Shown here in pieces: positions 1 to 12,900 of a stretch of DNA of 64,000 bases; within the stretch, counting starts at the first letter, position 1, and each line of letters opens with the position of its first letter. Source of the DNA: Balanoglossus misakiensis (taxonomy: Eukaryota > Animalia > Hemichordata). The notes beneath the pieces are model-generated. The model was given only the letters and a program-made list of their open reading frames with translations, was not told the origin of the DNA and made no database searches. The stretch lies in the NCBI GenBank assembly GCA_040954595.2, contig CM082596.2, forward strand, positions 62,001 through 126,000, read 5' to 3'. The position numbers were made by a program, and so were the translations under genes.

Positions 1-462
1 TCTCTTAAATTTTTATGACACCAAATGTACTCCTTTTGTGGAAACTATTTTAAGAGATGTGCATTATTAGCGTAAAATTGCAGGTCTTTGCAAGATTTCC
101 ATGGAAATCTATGTTAATAAGCTTTCTAAGAAGCAACTTCAACCCCGTGAAAGATAATCAATAATTACTCCGCCTCAAATTTGATCATTTATCCAATGAA
201 CTCTACCTGGTAATTAATGACAACATGTTTGTTCATTTTATTGACAAGAAAAGTGTACAATTTTAAAGCAATTTACATTACTCCTGAAGTTGTTACAGCA
301 AATCTGAAGGACCATTAAACTCTACATTGAATTTAATTAGCTTATTAGATGATTAACAGCAGAACTGGTTTAAGTGGCTATCATGTCAATCATGGCATGA
401 CAGGATAAATGACAATCCATTATGGGATTCTTGAGTATCAATAGATGATGCTGTTATAAATA

Positions 463-495
463 GATGATGATGATGATGATGAAGATGATGATGTC
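463..495. repeat. (GAT)n microsatellite
   Basis: gatgatgat... Confidence 0.9.
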
Positions 496-973
496 AGTGA
501 AATTATGACGATGAAAATAAAAGTTATAAAATACACAATCTCAGTCTGAATGTTTCTATTTTAAAATACTGAAAACTTTGGTTTGCTATATTTTTGTATA
601 TTCTAAAAATATTTTGAATAGATTAATTAAAGTATTCAACCATGTTGATAAATGACCTGACCTTTTCGTATTCATATATGAGAAATAGTTTTATTTCTAA
701 GCTGATATGAAACCAGGCTGACACAAATAGTTGACTCAGAAGATGAACACAGATAACAATGATATGTAGCTTGAGGTTTAGGAGAGGAATCAGCTATGAT
801 TGCTAGACATTGCTCTCCTGCTAAAACACAACACTGATGTCCAATGTATTTTACGGAAAGGATCTATATACTAACATCAACACGACATGTCGACAATGTG
901 CGGGATTGGATAATATACCCGTTGCCATGACAATGATGGTAAGGCTAACGTCAGTCGATTGAGATAAAACAAT

Positions 974-997
974 TCCCCCCCCCCCCCCCCCCCCCCC
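974..997. repeat. Poly-C tract
   Basis: ~24 consecutive C. Confidence 0.9.
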
Positions 998-3848
998 AGA
1001 AAATGAAGCAGCTGGTGAAGTAGAGGGGAAATATTGTAATAAAATAAAATGACTAAAATGTTTTGTTTGTGTGGGAGAAAGATTGTTAATGTGATATGAA
1101 GAAGTAATGAATGCATCTTGCTGATTCTGCTGAGGCTATGGGGTCCTGAGTGACAGGTGGCAATGCCATGAAAGGTTGCATACATCAGTAAATACTGGGG
1201 CCCCATTCACTATATACATTTGAACACAAGACTTATCAACATGTGTATAGAGTATGCAATGATGCCGGTACACTCCATGAGCACTCACCATCAACTGCAC
1301 TTGCTGGATGGCCCACTCTTGCAGATATACAGTAATACGGAGCCGTTTCTTGCGCGACATTCTGACAATTTTCCAGCTAGGCATTTTGCTATGACGACAA
1401 TGGCAACAGGCTGGGCATTGTTGGAGCCGATCTCTAAGTCCAACACATAGACTAGCTACTGCTTGGCTACTACATGCTGTGAACTTGTTGCTATGTATGA
1501 GTGGTATCTGTCCAGTCTGATAATACACAACACGTTCTACCAGTGAATCCAGGTTTCAGCGGCTACTTGTCTCATTGTAGGTGTTCCCAATACACTACAA
1601 TTCTCCCCGGTAGACCAAGCTTTCAAATCCTTTCAACAACCTCTCACAAACAACAAAAAATCTGTCAGCTAAAAGAGACATCCACAGGCACGTCTGACCT
1701 ACTGTTAACAATGTATACGCCACCTTGCTGACACTTACGTATTGGGCTCTCCTTACAAAAACATGGCTGGGTGATACCATTTGTGTTACAGTACAGGGAA
1801 AGACAGGATGCTTACAAACCAGCTGATTTTGTCATCATTAAAACATCACTTATTTATAAATCGCACACAATTTCTTGCAAAAATTCTGAAAGACTGGTTT
1901 GAATAATTTTTTTCAAAACTGCATCATATTGAAAAATCTACTGATGGAGATTCTGAGTCGGTTTTTCTTGTTTTACGATATAGTCGAGCGTCAGCCGAGC
2001 CCTATAGATGGCCCCCTTCTTCGTCCAATATAATTTGCCATGCAAAACAGCTCTCTGTTACTCTCATGGGTATTTGAATGTAAATGACATGATCCACTCC
2101 TGCATGAGTTGCATAGACAACAAAAAATGATGATGCCTTTATTCCACTCCATTGTCCAACATTATTTTCTCTTATCAGCAAATGACCTCATGGCTCCAGT
2201 TCACATACCATAAATCAAACATCACCCTTTCCTATATTGTCTCTATTTCTTACATCTTAAATCGTAAATAATCCAGCATTAGTATTACAGATACATTTTA
2301 TCACCGAAAATATACAACAATTTAATGTGCATTATTATTTTCATTAAAATAACTATTAAATTTATGAACTATGAAAGCTTGTTTAATTGCACGAGGAAGC
2401 ATAATTACAGGCAGGAGAGTGTTTCGATATCATGTCTATGTAAACATTTGTAGGTCAGAACAAATGGTCCCTATGTCGGCTGGACAAGTATACACATCTG
2501 CATTTAGATTAAGTCAAAACTGCTGTGTTTTTATGGAATATTTAGTGCTTAAATGCTGCTTGTAAAAAGAGTTCATCTTTGGTTATCCTAATATGCGAAT
2601 CAATAAAGCTGGTTACAAGATGACAGGGTAAAATTTGCAAGCCAACAGCTGGACAAACACACTCATAAAGGGATGTGCTATGTTAACTCTCAATCAGAAT
2701 ATAATATTGAAATATTTAATGTATTTATAGGACCAGTTTTACCCTACAGTGATTAAAACTGATTGATTTTTTAATTTATCAATATAATATATTTACGCTG
2801 TCCTTGTGTATATTCTTGATGCATTTTAATTCTTAGCAGAGGATTACTGTACAGGCAAAACACGCAGCTACTGTAAATAACATGAAACATTTAACACTGC
2901 AGGATAATAATTATCCAGGAAATAACTGCGTGTATGTTTTTCTTTCCTTGTTGTGTGTGTATTTCTGCATTATGAAGAGAATATTACCAATAATAATTAT
3001 CAGAAGTATAAAATATCAAACACATTAATTAATTTTCCTTTCTGCTACACATGCTCTAATTCACAAAAATAATTATAAAGATAGACAGTGCAATTATTTG
3101 GTGAACAGGGGTAGAAGCCTGAAATATTGAAATGAAGATGAGTGGGATAGGCAACAATGAATGAAGTACACTTTTGTCATATCAGTTGGATGAATGTAAA
3201 CAGAAAATACAATCATTCTTTTATGGCGTTCCTGACTGCAGCATTTTTTTCTGCTGGTGTTGATGACCCGACATGACCCCTTTCCCTAACAGAGTTGAGC
3301 CAAAGGTTTGTGATTAGACGGTATTTTATGCAACAGTTTTTTAAGACTAATGCCTGGAACAATTACTGGGTACAAATGTGGAAGTCATCCTTCATACGGA
3401 AAAAATAGATACAGTTTTTGACACAGAATGCTGAAAACAATGCTAACTTGTGTTGCTGTTCAAATCAGTCTGTATAACAGAGAGATGGAAACTCACTAAT
3501 TATGATTAATGGATGTGGATAATGGATGGACTGGGGGTGGGATGCTCACAAACTGTACAAAATAGCATTAAGAACACCATGCTCCCATTTGTCCACACAT
3601 AAATTGACTGGCATGTTTTTCTTGTTTCTCATATGTCCTCAATCTGCTCATATATTTGGGGAGGTATTAAAGCATCAGACAAAAGCTTGTATGAGTGAAA
3701 TGCTCTGTTTGTGTGCATGTGTACATGTGCATGTGTATGTGACTTAGTACATTTGGTATGAAGAAGTTCAACATTTGTAGATTCGACAAATAGAATATTC
3801 GTGATATTCTAATAAAATTAGATGTTGTGATGAAAAATGAAAATTTAC

Positions 3849-3978
3849 CTTGAACTTTCGTCCCCCAGGTCCTGCAGATGCTGAACCAGGACCAGCCTGT
3901 ACTTTGCGATTCTTGGACATATCAATTTTTTCCATCTTTCCTCCACTCAACTTCCTCACAGGACTTGTTAACCACTTT
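3849..3978 (-). CDS. TRIO: Trio exon [14 protein letters not shown]...GGRKFK
   Basis: cttacag| ... AAG|gtaaat, 130 nt, phase 2-0; conserved KWLTSPVR motif. Confidence 0.9.
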
Positions 3979-6900
3979 CTGTAAGGGGAAAACAAACAAG
4001 TTAATTATGAATATTAATGAGTCACGTTTTAAGCTGAGATGCTACTGGTTCAGTTTCCGCGTCTTGAAGTAGCTGGCTTTCATCCCGCAAACAGTGCTCT
4101 CATTGATGGACCAGCCCAGTTCCTTATTAAACTTTTGCGCCATTTTGACAACACCAATTTCCAATTACATGACAGTATGACTTGGCTGTTTTTCAACAAA
4201 GTTCATCGGTGTAGAAACTACAGTCACCATGCTTTTGCTTCTTCGGATTAACAGATGCTATAATTAGTCTACTGCTCTGCTTGCTTCTTCTTTTGAAATG
4301 CAGTCAAGGATCAAACACCCCTGGCTTACTTGCAGGATTGGTTTGCTTTGATCATCAGTATAAGAGAGACATATTCAGTGATGTTTCGATATAAACAGAA
4401 ATCTTAATTGTAAAGTATCAGTGCAAGGATAACTATGCAACATTTAATCATGACAGAATCTTACCGTAGACTTCCTCTTCTCTTGTTGCTAGGAGATGAG
4501 TTTTGATTCAAAGAATAAGTACTTGCTGCTGGACTTCCATCATTGGATGCACATGGGTTTCCTTGACCATCTGTCAAACAAAAATAACAATTTGATTGGT
4601 TATATGATACTTGTACTTGAAAAATAAGAAAGAAAAAACAGACAAATCATTGTCGGTGACATAGCGCCCACTTGATTCATGGTTGAAGTAAGCATTGGTG
4701 AAATCATTTCATTTATTTTCTTTAATTTCAAATTGCTCAATATCGAGGAAAATTTCCGGAAATCACTGGGTACATTTTTAAAACTTTAATATATACTTTG
4801 TTTAATCAAAACAACGGCAAAAGTGTACATTTTAGATGTTATTGACTCAAAGCGTTATTTTTAATATCAGGAAAATACCTGGGGAGTGACATTTTTCAAT
4901 AGAAGAGCTTTGACCTTTCACCTCTAGGGTGTTTAGAGCAAAGCATTGAAGACTTTCACAGACATGACTGATTTGTCCCCGTCTCTCTCCATCTTCATGT
5001 ATTTTATTTATTAATGCCCGAGTTTGAACTTGTCCTAGATTCTGTAAAACTGCCTTCTATAATTACCAAACTAAATGTTTCTGAAAGTTTTATTTTTTGT
5101 ACTGAACCTTGACCCATTTCTGTTGGCCTTGACAGACCATTGGCTTGCCAGTTGTTAACACAAAATGCAAACTCTAATTTTATGTTGGCGTGTGGAATTT
5201 CAACAGGAGTTGGAAGAATTCAGATTATTTTATATAATCACTGAAATAAAAACTGGATTGTCTACAATAGTGGAAAGACAGTGAGCTATCCAGAACTTTA
5301 TCAAATGATTAACTGCAGTAAGGAGTGTTTATAGAGTGGCAGGCTGGAAATATATCCATCATAGAGATAAGCTAAGTGTTAACATCAAACCTTGTAGGCT
5401 TTGTTTTGTAAAACTGTTAACATTATTAGCTTATAGCCGGAGAAAGTGTATGCTACAATGGAAGTGGCTCTCTCCATATGAAGAGTATGGCAGATACTCT
5501 GGACTGTAAATCCTAATTTGCTGTCAACAGTATATACCGTAAATAAAACAAGTAAAAAAACCAAATTGGGTTCTACTTCAATATTTAACATTCATAGATA
5601 GCAAATGTTTGACAATTTAAATTAAAAGCTATTATCCACAGTTTTGAAGAGAACTTGAATCAAATTACCAGACCCCAAATTATACAAAAATACACATTTT
5701 ATTGCAAACAATTAAACAAATTTGCCTAAGATTACCTCAAAGGACATCCACCCAAACATTAGGAAGATTAACTAATCTGAAAATATGAGCACCATAAGAT
5801 GATCATGTCCCCACTTTTTAAGGAAAGTACTCAAGAAATGATAGATGATCTTTTCCTTTTGCAAGGGTTTTAAAAATTCAATAGGAGATGACATGGCCGT
5901 CTGGATGTGTTTGACTGGAAATAGCTGAGTAGGCTTGGAGGAATGGATCCTGTTATGTGAGATACTCCAATAAATTGGTGAGATAAAATTAGATGGGTTA
6001 ATCTTACAACAAGAAAGTTGCAGGTTACAGAAACAAATGCCAACAAACTATGGTCTGACCTTTGACAAATAACAGTCAGCAGCACATGCAGTATTTCTAT
6101 TTTAAGATTCTCAGCTTGAGTTGTCATGGTCATTCTCATATCTAGATTATTAAATGTGATTTAGACTGACTGACTTCTCGTATGATGTTATACAATAAGA
6201 CTCACAAACATCATGCATTTGCTCTTCATCCAGTACAACCAAATTCAACTAAACAGTAACATGTCATGTCAAGTCATGTCATGGTTAAAATTTCATGTCA
6301 TAACATCATTTTGTATAGTGACCCAGAATTAGACAGCAACAATACACACTTTCATGAATAAATCTTTCAGAACAGCAATACAATTTTTAAAAATTCATGT
6401 TGCTATCATATTAAGCTTATTTATCTGATCCAGTGCTCATCTATATATAGATAAAACACATGTAATTCATCATTGCATTCAACAACATTAAACCTTCTGA
6501 CTAACACAAATGTATCTCTTAAGTTTGAATTAACCTTCACTACTTGCTAGTTGAATATAAATAATAATATTGTTAAACTTTCTGTTTCATCTTGATAAAA
6601 TATTCGTAATACAAAGTAAAATCAATTGATTCATTTCCTATCCTGTATCTTAATACACATAAACCCTGGCCCCAAGTTAATTTCCTCCACTATCAACCTA
6701 TAAACTTATCTATACATTTCCTGAAAAATATTTTATAAAAGCTATGATGAAGTGTCGCTGTGTGTTAGAACAGCAATGAGAGTTGTCCTTTGCTGGCCCC
6801 TTTGCTTCAGAATGACGAACTCTCGACAAAGATCAGGGTAAATCATTATCTGAATGTAAAATATAAGTCATTGTTGGTAGGTGGCAAACCTGGTATGGAA

Positions 6901-9900
6901 AATGAAATAATAGTAACCTTTATTTCTCTGTTATCCGAGAAAATCCATTTCACAGATGAAGTTAAGTGAGGGTGATGATCGACAAGGAGTTTTTCTCATG
7001 AAGTGTTTAGATTCCATGATAGGATAAATAGTTATCCAACTTTGGATTATAACTTTGACAAATCCAGTCTCAACTGCCTGAATGGTTTCCAAGCTGTGTG
7101 ATGGCTAGGCATTTTGGAAGATGAGTCTGGGTGGGGCTAAAACAACTAAAGGTCAAAGACTTGACAACCAGCAGAGCCAAGTATTTTACTTCACAAACAC
7201 TAGTAGCCACAGATAATTTTGGGGGGCCTGTTACTTTCACTGTATGGGCCAATGCCTTTACCACAAGATGGGAGGTGTACATACCTCTTGCCACGCTCCC
7301 CATGATACGACGGACAGCACACCGAAAACGTCCCCCAGCCGATTCTGACGACATGATAGCACATACCATCTGAAGGAGTTTTTTACCCCAGTTGTTTCTT
7401 TGCCGTTTTAGTTACATATTACACCCCCTCTGGAACATACACTCCTCATCATAGAGCAGTGATTTGATGACAATCACTGCTGACCCACTGAGACATACTT
7501 TTTAAAGGCTTAGTTAGAGTCTTCCATTCTTTAATATGGGGGTGATCAGCACAATGAACTGCCGACACCCCATAAAGTAGTGTATATAATAATTGCGATC
7601 ATACTTCATAGAACAGTGTATAGATTAATAAAAACAATCTTTTAGCATCTATTTCAAGTACCCTATTCCTAAAGACTAAAACAGTTTCCCATAATTGGTT
7701 GGTTACCCATTTCCACAAAACTTGAATGAATGGTTGTTCTGGATCATGAGAACATTGATGACACCCAATATATTCTGGTAGGGTGGTGTGGTGATTGCAT
7801 ACTTGATGTTTTTATTGGGGTGGTGGTTGCATGAAGGGACAGGCACAAGAGAATATGTAGAGGAAACACTACAACTACAAGGACAGGAATAAATCAATGT
7901 CAAGTTCTATGACTGTAATAGTGGAGATATCACAAATTAGCTTTTGATGCAGCTGTGAAATTTACAACACTGATTTCACACTTCATTGCACGCATGCCTT
8001 GTCTACAGGTTTTACAGTTCAATGGAGTCTCTGACTCCATGAAATATTTTGTGAGAGTCATCCATTCATCAAATAAACACTAACATCTTTTGAGAAGGGT
8101 AATGAAGTTTGCTGTTTCTGTCAAATTATGCAATAAATTTCTCCCAAGATTATGGTTGGTTTCAGGTGGAGGCCCTTCCATCTGAAAACTCTTCCAAACA
8201 CTGGCATTACTCCTCACTGACAGCTCTTCTCTTTAAGATTTGATCTCCCTCCAGTGTTTACACTTGAAGTAATCCTATAAATCTAAAAGTTATTGAGGCC
8301 TTTCATGAAGTGGTTCTGACTTGTCAACTTTTCACCCAAGACAAAATGGTGTTTTCACCAAACCAACTGCAAGATGAGGTGCCCCATCACCCTGAGACTT
8401 TCAAGATTAGAAAAGACCTCTTTGCCCACACGTCTGTGAAAAGCAACTAAGTAGAGATTGTAAAACGATCACTGGAAAATGACTCCTAAGTATGATGTGT
8501 AACATCATTTGACCTGAAGATGTCCTCTCAACAAGGTCACTCCCGGACCCTGACCAGCTATTTGTATAACAATTGTTTTATGTTAATACTATTTTTATTA
8601 TTTCTTTAAAGTTGAAAGATAAAGCTTGTATATGCGCTGATGGTTGTGAGCACAATACTGGTAATGACACTGACTAGCACGGGAACTCGATATCACTAAA
8701 AATATGCATTTCCTGTATTGAACTATAGAGGGCATTCTTCAGTAGAAGACAAAAAACAATGCTGCCATGAAAATTATTTGGGTTGATGACCTATTAATCA
8801 GTTCAATTTAGCAATATCTGACATTTAAAATGGCCACCAAACTTTGTGTTAAATATGTAAGATGAACTTGACATGATAAATAATATTATCTAGCCAGTTT
8901 CCAGGTTGTGTTGACTTTGTTTCGGGTTTTGATATTTCGAGTTATGATTGTGAGTGACTTGAAAAAAAAAAATTAACGTGTTTTCATGAAGTTCATTGAG
9001 CAGAACCAGAAATGACTGTTGCGTGATTGAGGAGGCCATCTCATACCTTTCTGAAGTATTGCATGAAGACTAGCAAGGGGAATAAGAACATCCAATCGCT
9101 TACAAAAGAGTGACTAGACTATCACTTGACTTGACTTGAAAAATGAAGGCATGAATAAAGGGCATCTATATCATGACAACTCTAAGAGTGTATTGAATTC
9201 AGAGAGGATACAGACTACAGTTATACATTCCAAAACACTGATAAAATTGTCAATGTATTCATCTTGGAGACAGAGATATCTAGCCTGTAGTGATCTGTGC
9301 AACCATACATCTGTATATTTATACACGCATATTTAAATTCACCTCCATGTACCTATATTCTCTTCCATATTGTCACATTTTATATATAACCTTTTGACCT
9401 TCACTAGAAATAAGAGTGCTCTACTTCTGATAAAACTTAGGCACCTCTTTACCACTGCAGTGGTCTGCCACTTGATCAATACATATACTGATATAGGTAC
9501 ATGCTTTGTAAATTTTATGGTTTGATCTTTAACTTTCCAGATTAAGTGTAAAATGACACACATTGTTATGTTAAATTATGGCGTTTGCAATGAAAAAATG
9601 GACACACAGACAGTAAGGTCTATCTGTCTTGCAAAGTTGTACTGTGCAGTTGAAGAAAATAGGTTAAAGGACATAGCATACACAAGTAAAATTCATCTGC
9701 AAGATTTGAAGAAGCTGTATTAATCTTGATTTCTGAAAGAATTTATGGTGAATGGGTGAAAGGGGAAAATGATGATAATGTGCAAAGTTATTCCAAGAAA
9801 TATTTCAACAACCTTGGCGATCAGTGTCAGAGAGTCTGAAAATAACATACTGGGTGTCAAGATTTAGATTTGCAAAAGCGATAGATGTGGTGTACCAGAT

Positions 9901-12900
9901 TACAGAATATGTTTGTGCTAATTTTCACTCATAATGTTTACAATGAACACTCAATTTACCTCTAGAGGGTGCTCACAACTCCTGCCAAAAAAAACCTCCA
10001 CAGTTCAACATTATCTTGACAAAAGCTTATACATGTACATTGTTTTGGAAAGATTTTCTATAATTCTTGAAAGACACTCTACACGCATGTTATGGTGTGG
10101 ACTGTTGGCCTCTGGCAGTGAAAGGTCATCACCACAACCTTGAATTGTCTGATCTGACCTGAAAATGACATCCCCAAACAACTGGTCATTTACCATTCTC
10201 ATCATGTAGTCAGCAAATAGTCATCAACATCAGTCATTCTCTAAACTTGGATTTTTTATAGATCAAAACACCAAAATTCACTGGATAAAATTTGTCTGTC
10301 CTCTAATACTTTCAGTACTGACATCATACACACAGCACAAATTGTGCTTATTTCGTACTTGTCATTTTGTCATGTGATTAGTTTAGTTTGTTAAATTTAG
10401 AGTGTGAAACCATAAATGCCTCACTGCCACATTATACCACTAAACTGTCATATGAGCATTGTTTCTGTTGGTAATTTGCGTCGTCCTGGAATATCACTGG
10501 ACTTGGTCCAATAAAAAATACAGGACTATGAAACAGCCCAGCCCTCATATATATAAACTTTACATGGAACATGACATATCTGAAAACAGACACACATGTA
10601 TGTAAAGATCATAATATAAAACCTGATATGCTGCATTATGTGACATGTACTCTACAGAGTAGATTTCAAAACAATGACATAGTCCAACAAGAGGAAATTC
10701 CATGTACAGATTGGCCTCTCATGTCTACATACCACACAATTAATGTATGGTGGTAGAGTTATGGCTGTATTGCAATGAATATGTTCTTCAGTCCTACTTT
10801 CTGAGTGCAAACTTAATCAAAATCATTCTGTCTAGTAGTGCCAATACATCTGACAGTATCTATGACAACAAACTTTAGAATAACCTCCATGAATATATAA
10901 CTCAGTCTAGGCATTAGCCATATTTTGCAGCAATGGTGACATTGATAAATCATTAACAGCAGGTCACAGTAGACATAAACTTCCATCTGTCGGTTAACTC
11001 ACAACATCAAAATTGAGTGTTAATACCGTAAAATATTTTGAAAGTGTTTGAGATCAGGGCTATACTTATTTGACAACTTATTTTTAAAAAATTCCAAGAT
11101 ATGCAAAAATAGATACAGAGCAGTACCAATAAAATGCCTTTATCAATGTACATGTCGTTGCACAAGTGTATATTTCATGTAAGCATGATTTTATGCTTTC
11201 AAAACTCCAAACACTGAATCAAATTCAATTAAATATAATCACAATGCCACAGACAAAAACAATAAACAATTAAATCTGTATTTTCTTTTCTAAGATTATT
11301 AGCCATTCTGGGAATAGATCAATCGAAGCAGACAAAATCTAGCAGAGTGCAAATTTCAAGGTCACCACCTCAAAGAATAGTTCACTAATTACAAGCATTG
11401 AAAAGTCTGATATTGTAATTTGAGTTCACAGCTATTCACCTCTGAGTCAATAAATTTTTGACACTTCAATAAAAATTTCACATTCATACAAAGAAATTGT
11501 CTTGTACTTTTTTTTTGTCACTGGGGAGGTGGTCAATTTGTACTGTGCAAATTTCTGGCTGATTTTCCACCAGATTTAACCCCGTTTAAACTAAATTAAA
11601 ATAGAATTAACATAGGCTTTAAATTGCCAGTTCATCTACAAAGAGCTGAATATTTTACCAAAGTGGTTTCCAGTTCTTCACTATGATTCTCATTTACTTG
11701 GTGCTTCCCTCTTTAAATAATTTCAGAACTCATTTGGTAACTGTCTCATGATATTTTGAATCAGAAAACTTGAAAGGAGAAGAAACATCAACCAGTCAAA
11801 CTCATCTTTCTCCCCTACATGGTACGGGATGTGTTTGAGGATTTCTTGCTGGTAGTTTTTGCCAAATGCAAAACAGTAACACTTTACAGCTCTAATTGAT
11901 TGAACAATTAGATGCAACTATGTTGATTATATCCAGGCTGTTTTGACAATAAATTATGCACCAACAAATTGACATGATGTGTTTGAATTTAATCTTGGGC
12001 TTTCATGTTTGAGTCAGTGAATACCACATAGGCCTGATAATGACTACTGACCTAATAGCCCAACCCAATGTTTTTAAATTATTTTTTAAAATAAAAAAAC
12101 AACATAAAAACCAAAGGAAGTCAAATTAGTCCTACCATGGTTACTCTTCCAGCAGAAGATCATGGCAAATTTCCGACTTCTCTGATGTCGGGGCTTGTAC
12201 TCCACAGTATCAATCCTGGATATATTTTTTGACCACAAAACTAAAGCACTGAATGACAGACTGTAGATAACATTGAGGAGATCAGCTGACAAGTACAGAC
12301 TGACCACCTAACTTAACAGAATCAGACTATAGTATGAGCTTTGACTTGGCAGTCTACCACTGCTATCGCATACTGTGCATAATCAATTTTGTCAGTTATG
12401 TTAATCATCTTCAACCACCTCATCATCAAGCAATCCACACACTCACTCACTGCAGCTGTCACTTCCTATCTCAGCCGACTGTCTCCCTTGCTTCATAATT
12501 CACATGTTTGAATATTCAAATGTTTTTCTTCTCATGAAGGTAACTGCCATCCACACTCGGAAATATAGCATGAATTTGTTTACAAATTAAACACAATGGA
12601 GACAGGAGCTGCTGTTGTTAATATCATTAGATATCCTGACTATACAGACAGTGGACTCACATATCTACCGTTGGCATTTAAGGTCAATAAAGGTCATATG
12701 GGATGGGCTGATTGGGTTAATACCTAAACGCAGTCAATCACTTGACTAGCTTTATTTTATAATTTTGTTTAATGTATGTTTTGATTGCACGATTGGATAT
12801 TATTCCATTTGCACTAAGAACCCGAATTCATCCAATTATGTGATTTCTACAACATATATCAAGTATTTTTTATTTGCAAAAATCACCACCACCACCATCA

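Noticed and set aside
877-1206. 109-aa ORF with poly-Gly
   Set aside because: Produced by the poly-C tract; no splice or homology support
1975-2025. Short CpG-containing motif (tatagtcgagcgtcagccgagccctatag) resembling a repeat terminus
   Set aside because: Too short; no partner end found in the window
4330-4464. Alternative donor CAA|gtaagc 135 nt beyond exon 4465
   Set aside because: Extension hits TAA immediately; the standalone MIKANQSC mini-exon is too weakly supported
7131-7373. Plus-strand 80-aa ORF
   Set aside because: GTG start, antisense shadow of the GC-rich minus-strand candidate exon, no recognisable domain
9047-9064. ATG...AAG|gtatga (MQYFRK) mini first exon
   Set aside because: Phase 0, incompatible with the phase-1 acceptor at 4570
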